Below, piece by piece: positions 17,236 through 21,389 of a stretch of 21,389 nt of DNA (position 1 is the first letter of the stretch; each line of letters opens with the position of its first letter). The notes beneath the pieces were generated by a model. The model had not been told where the DNA came from. It ran no database searches and worked only from the letters and a program-made list of their open reading frames with translations. The position numbers and the translations under genes are program-made. Source of the DNA: Pseudobacteriovorax sp. (GTDB lineage: Bacteria > Bdellovibrionota_B > Oligoflexia > Oligoflexales > Oligoflexaceae); the NCBI GenBank assembly GCA_050293845.1, contig JBNKNM010000085.1:1-21389 (forward strand). Reading direction: 5' to 3'.

Positions 17236-17275
17236 AGTAACTAGACTCCTTTGTTAACAGTGTATGCATTCTTCA

Positions 17276-17292
17276 TGCAACCCATAGGCCAA
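17276..17292 (-). promoter_or_regulatory. Putative sigma-54 (-24/-12) promoter
   Basis: Minus strand TTGGCCTATGGGTTGCA (GG-N10-GC), 40 nt upstream of the ATG at 17235. Confidence 0.6.
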
Positions 17293-17592
17293 CTAGCAAT
17301 TGCAATTTATTTAGTGAAATTAGCATGATAATCACTGGCCAGAAATGACAGGATTTCATCAAGAGAAAGGTTTAGGGAAAGTAAGTCTATGAAAATATGT
17401 CCAAAAGGGTCTTTTCAGTATGTTTTTCTGTCGGTTCACTTCCCTTCCTTTTAGAAGTTTATTCAAATATAAAAGCATCGTGTGGTAGTCAGGCTTTTTA
17501 ACTAATAAAGTAAGAAGCGAACTTATCAGTGCACTTCCCTTTTGGTATTATCTACCTGAATATATAGGACTGTCATTATCAGCAGTGCCTTG

Positions 17593-18276
17593 TTAGTTCT
17601 CTGAGTCTACAACTATTTCTTCAAATGTAAATGATCCTATATTTTCACTAGTAAAGATTGCTTGATACATAGCACATACTTTGCTTGTTTCATTACAGTT
17701 GGAAGCTAAATCCTTTAACTCACTAAGGGAGAGGACTTCACCAGGTTTTGGCAATATCATTTTAGAGACCAAAGGTAAAAAATCTCCCCTATCATTTTTC
17801 ACGGGTGTATGACATACAAATCCACAGGTGCGATTAGGATCTCCATCATCGACGAAAATTATCTGAAATGGGTCTTGTTCTTCTATATTTTTTTCAATGG
17901 GAAACGATAAATCGCCTTTCTTTGAGGTAGTAGCTGTCGCGATTTCGCCCAATTCCAAGGAATCTTCACCAGGAACCACACTTAAAATTAATTTGTTATT
18001 AATTTTAAGAAATATTCTTGGTTGCGTTATACCTAATGATGGTTGCGCTGAAAACTGACTATAGGTCGATAGAACTTTAATTTCAGAGCTGATAGTTCTG
18101 ATTAAAGTTTCAATAGTAAGTGGCTTATCAAGGGTATTGATCAACTTAACCGTATCGGCTATTGAAGTTACAGATTCGGTCTGTTGTGATTCCTCAGCTA
18201 CTCGCTTGTCCTGCTGTCCGCAGTTAATTGTTAATCCACATAAAAGCAAGTAGCTACCTATAACGTGTGTTTTCAA
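17593..18276 (-). CDS. Hypothetical lipoprotein with a CX3CH motif (possible atypical c-type cytochrome)
   Basis: Lipoprotein-like signal (GLTINCG), RBS GAGGA, CGFVCH at 17809-17826, plus a C-terminal Cys pair. Confidence 0.7.
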   Translation of the reverse strand: MKTHVIGSYLLLCGLTINCGQQDKRVAEESQQTESVTSIADTVKLINTLDKPLTIETLIRTISSEIKVLSTYSQFSAQPSLGITQPRIFLKINNKLILSVVPGEDSLELGEIATATTSKKGDLSFPIEKNIEEQDPFQIIFVDDGDPNRTCGFVCHTPVKNDRGDFLPLVSKMILPKPGEVLSLSELKDLASNCNETSKVCAMYQAIFTSENIGSFTFEEIVVDSEN

Positions 18277-18297
18277 TATAAATCCTCAAGGTTGTGA

Positions 18298-18330
18298 AGC
18301 CTGAGAATTGGCAGGACCAATTCTCAGGCT
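18298..18330 (-). terminator. Perfect 14-bp intergenic hairpin (terminator or mRNA-stabilising stem)
   Basis: AGCCTGAGAATTGG-CAGGA-CCAATTCTCAGGCT, 6 nt after the DUF1501 stop; no U-tract on the coding strand. Confidence 0.6.
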
Positions 18331-18336
18331 CTCGTT

Positions 18337-19566
18337 TTATAGTAGAAGATCTGCGTGAGGATTACCTCCCATGGCTTGAATGAGCGATGTGCTACCCTTG
18401 AGGGTTGCTGTGAGATAGCCCCAAAAGCCATCTAGAGCAGGGCTCCCTTGGACTAGGCCGACATTAGCGTTAACGCGCCCCGTGGTACCAGTATTTACAT
18501 ACTTTCCGATAACGGTTGCTGAAAGAACAGCAGCGTGATCAGATCCAGGCAGGGACCGAGCAAAGTCGCCCATGATAGTCACAACAACATTTCTATTGGT
18601 AGCTCCATCACCAGCAGGGTCCATCATGCGATCAGTAAATGCCCTAAGGCCCGGTAGAATATCGTTCTGCATTTTTTGGCGCACCCTTTGTCCATCTCTG
18701 TCACCATGGGTATCCCAACCATTGTCGGAAACTAAAATTACATTGGTATCAGCTCGAACCATAAGTTCAGCAGCCGCCATTTTCGAGGAAAAGCTATTAA
18801 CAGCAGTATTTTGACCAATATCATAGGCAGTCTGCATTTCTGCCAAGCTAAATGGTTTTACAGGCGTGCTGAGAGTTTCAATGGCAGTAGAAAAACCATT
18901 GCGTACGGAATCTAATGACGCAGGATTACCCTCAAGACTGGCGTTAGACATATTCATAGATCCCTTTACAGCAAGGGCAGCAATAGCTCTATCAGGCATC
19001 GTGGGGTCTGGCGCTCCACCGCCAATGGCATCTACAGCAGGTCCCATGTCAGTCACAGTCTGTAAGGATACACCTTGCACCGTTCCATTGATATTAACAG
19101 GTGTATCCTGGCCAATATTGGCTGTTTTAATGGCTCCACTACCACCAAGGCCAGCAGCAAGGCTAAGAGGGGCCCATTGACCATCTTTATCTGTAAAGTT
19201 TGCTTGTCGTGCCCCCCCATGATTGGCAATACCGTGACGAACACCTACAGTTGCCATATGAGTTTGAGCAAACTGTCCTAGTGCCGACCAGGAGTTATCG
19301 ACAATTAGTCCATTTCCTAAATCCAACATGTTGTTGGCATTGACACCAAAATCATTATTTCCTACAAAGGAGTCAGCGCTTGTGAACAGTGCGTTGTATC
19401 CACCTCTCAGATAAATGACAACCAGTGTAGCCTTTTCTCCTGCTTGTCCATAGGCAAATTCTGTAAAGGGAAACGCAAATGGAATAGATAGAGCTCCGGT
19501 TGTAAATGCAGCATTTTTTATTATTTGTCTTCTAGTTATTTCATATATTTTATTTTTCATATTCAT
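18337..19566 (-). CDS. Tat-exported DUF1501-family protein
   Basis: Twin-arginine signal TRRQIIK; LVVIYLRGGYNALF, GWDTHG, VTIMGDFARS...SDH motifs. Confidence 0.8.
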   Translation of the reverse strand: MNMKNKIYEITRRQIIKNAAFTTGALSIPFAFPFTEFAYGQAGEKATLVVIYLRGGYNALFTSADSFVGNNDFGVNANNMLDLGNGLIVDNSWSALGQFAQTHMATVGVRHGIANHGGARQANFTDKDGQWAPLSLAAGLGGSGAIKTANIGQDTPVNINGTVQGVSLQTVTDMGPAVDAIGGGAPDPTMPDRAIAALAVKGSMNMSNASLEGNPASLDSVRNGFSTAIETLSTPVKPFSLAEMQTAYDIGQNTAVNSFSSKMAAAELMVRADTNVILVSDNGWDTHGDRDGQRVRQKMQNDILPGLRAFTDRMMDPAGDGATNRNVVVTIMGDFARSLPGSDHAAVLSATVIGKYVNTGTTGRVNANVGLVQGSPALDGFWGYLTATLKGSTSLIQAMGGNPHADLLL

Positions 19567-19579
19567 GTAAGCATCTCTC

Positions 19580-20242
19580 CTAGTAAGTGATAAACCCGGT
19601 TGAAGTCAAAATAGAGGCTAAGGTATAGGCCCATCTCTTGCTGGCATCGGGTTCATTTGCGGTTGCTACCATAGCAACTTCAATACAGGCCTTGACTTCG
19701 TTGCTGTTAGGATATCGATCCCAAGCTTTTTTCGCGAAAACGAGACATTCTGTTGCAGCGGATTCTGAAGTAGGTTCAGATTGCCACTTGGGATCAGTTG
19801 CCACATAATCTAAAGCCGATTCATATGCTGCGCGATAAGTCGCAAATATACTGATTGCGTTTGATGCGGGTTCGATATACCAGCGATCCGGAGCTTCGAG
19901 GAATGTTGCGGGATTATCCAGCAGTGATTGTGGGGGTGATCCCATGATCCGACCAAACTCAGAAATTAAAGCATCATATGGTTTAACGCGTGACCTATCA
20001 CCACCTTCGGGGATATCTTTTCTAGTAATGCGACCTGCCGTTAATTTCACATTGCCAAGCCCAACATAAGTTTTCCCTGCTAAATTTGCTGAACAAATTA
20101 GCTCTAGGGGATCGATGTTTTCTTCTGATTCAGATTTTGTATTAGAATCTGCCACAAGACGATTAGGCTTGTTTAACTTGTTTGAAGAACAGGCAAATAT
20201 AGCGAAAAAAGTAGTTATTATATATATGGTTGTTTTTATCAT
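19580..20242 (-). CDS. Hypothetical lipoprotein of DUF1501-associated clusters
   Basis: Lipobox IFAC; RSRVKPYDALISEFGR and C-terminal C..FAKKAWDRYP...E...C...RWAYTLASILTSTGFITY; 2-nt gap from the upstream gene. Confidence 0.75.
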   Translation of the reverse strand: MIKTTIYIITTFFAIFACSSNKLNKPNRLVADSNTKSESEENIDPLELICSANLAGKTYVGLGNVKLTAGRITRKDIPEGGDRSRVKPYDALISEFGRIMGSPPQSLLDNPATFLEAPDRWYIEPASNAISIFATYRAAYESALDYVATDPKWQSEPTSESAATECLVFAKKAWDRYPNSNEVKACIEVAMVATANEPDASKRWAYTLASILTSTGFITY

Positions 20243-20244
20243 AT

Positions 20245-21234
20245 TTACCTCCCTTGCTGACAGAACGATTTATTTTCAACGAGTGCTTTTAATCCAGATT
20301 GAATATTTCCATCTGCCTTTAATGCCTTGACGCACTTATCAAAGTCTGTTCCTTCACATTCATTTTCAGGACGTCCATAGAGGTATTCAAAGGCCAGGCG
20401 GCATTGTTGGAAATAGTAACCTTCCGATGCTACTAAGGCTTCAATCAGTTCCTTGTCATCTTGGATGGGCATTGCCGATTCATCACTTCCAAATAGCATT
20501 TTGGGGGTACCTGCTGTAGGGCTAGGGTCATATCTAATCACAGCGTTGTTTTCGTCTCGAACAACGCGAGATAATACATCTGCTACTTTGTCCAAGGCAA
20601 ACCAACTGTCCACGTGACATCCACGACACGCTTTCCCTTCACGTCCTGCGGCTGATACATCAGCATCATCAGGCAAGGATAATGTTACAGTTTCTACGTT
20701 TAAACCTAATATATTATTTTGAATACGAAATGCTGTATTAATCCTAAGCCCTGCTAAGTCATTACCAGCATAACGCGCCATCCATGTGGGATTACGAAAA
20801 TATCCTAAACCTTGGGGATCAACCTGCACTTGTATTAAAGGCTCTTCTTCAGTTCCAGCATTTACAATATTATATTGGCCTAAAAATAGCTCTTTCCACT
20901 CTAAATCATTTTCTAAAACATATTTCGCAAGGTGATAAGCAGAATCTTCTATTGACAATGATCCTGGATCATCATTAAATTTTGAATTGATGAAGCGAGC
21001 ATACCTTTCAATAAATATAGGGTTCGTAAACATAGCATCTACTTCCGGGTCAGATTGCGGGTTTTTACTTTTAAGTAAAGTTGAAGATGATGCTTGTCCT
21101 AATACGGCAATAGATATTCTTGTCGCACACTTCACAGTGTTCGCATCTTTTTGTGCCATAATCTGAGTCGATGTCCCAGCTATCGCTAGGATAAATACAG
21201 TTTTATAAATAATCTTAATTTTCCCAAGTGACAT
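20245..21234 (-). CDS. Secreted monoheme (CxxCH) hypothetical protein of DUF1501-associated clusters
   Basis: Start reassigned to ATG 21234 (RBS GAGAGGAGA, followed by a signal peptide); CRGCH at 20614-20628; C-terminal CRLAFEYLYGRPE. Confidence 0.75.
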   Translation of the reverse strand: MSLGKIKIIYKTVFILAIAGTSTQIMAQKDANTVKCATRISIAVLGQASSSTLLKSKNPQSDPEVDAMFTNPIFIERYARFINSKFNDDPGSLSIEDSAYHLAKYVLENDLEWKELFLGQYNIVNAGTEEEPLIQVQVDPQGLGYFRNPTWMARYAGNDLAGLRINTAFRIQNNILGLNVETVTLSLPDDADVSAAGREGKACRGCHVDSWFALDKVADVLSRVVRDENNAVIRYDPSPTAGTPKMLFGSDESAMPIQDDKELIEALVASEGYYFQQCRLAFEYLYGRPENECEGTDFDKCVKALKADGNIQSGLKALVENKSFCQQGR

Positions 21235-21331
21235 AAATAATCTCCTCTCACAGTTAATGTTCACCTCTCTCCCTATTAATATCGAAATGGATAAACCTCT
21301 CCTACTCTTATTGAAGAAACATCGCATGAGA

Positions 21332-21348
21332 TGCAATAGCAGGGCCAA
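21332..21348 (-). promoter_or_regulatory. Putative sigma-54 (-24/-12) promoter
   Basis: Minus strand TTGGCCCTGCTATTGCA (GG-N10-GC), about 98 nt upstream of ATG 21234. Confidence 0.6.
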
Positions 21349-21389
21349 TTGAAGCAATTTAAGTATTGTGTAGCATATGAGGAATTTAT

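Noticed and set aside
224..20978. Many 60-133 aa ORFs antisense to or nested in the main genes
   Set aside because: Shadow ORFs of well-supported CDSs, with no independent RBS or motifs.
21235..21357. 41-aa N-terminal extension of the CxxCH gene
   Set aside because: It covers the predicted sigma-54 promoter and 5' UTR; ATG 21234 has a strong RBS and is followed by the signal peptide.

Overview
AT-rich bacterial chromosomal window; the gene content suggests a Bdellovibrionota/Oligoflexia- or deltaproteobacteria-like host (inference). Left to right: tcdA and tatD; a decayed IS3 carrying a 64-bp structured insertion; a family-3 substrate-binding protein; a small-ORF/PRC-barrel/secreted protein/Hsp20 module bracketed by 54-bp direct repeats; an IS21 remnant cut by a 111-bp IS6-like MITE; a GH12 glucanase lipoprotein; IS66 and possible IS1595 debris; a Fur-boxed iron-uptake operon (imelysin, di-heme oxidoreductase, porin, FTR1 permease, unknown secreted protein); a large Ig-repeat lipoprotein ending in a DUF1554 (Leptospira Len-like) domain; an abortive-infection pseudogene; and a cluster of five uncharacterised exported proteins (CxxCH protein, lipoprotein, Tat-exported DUF1501 protein, CX3CH lipoprotein, secreted protein) preceded by two similar sigma-54-type promoters. 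No rRNA, tRNA or CRISPR array was seen. All family calls come from motif recognition by eye, not from database searches.
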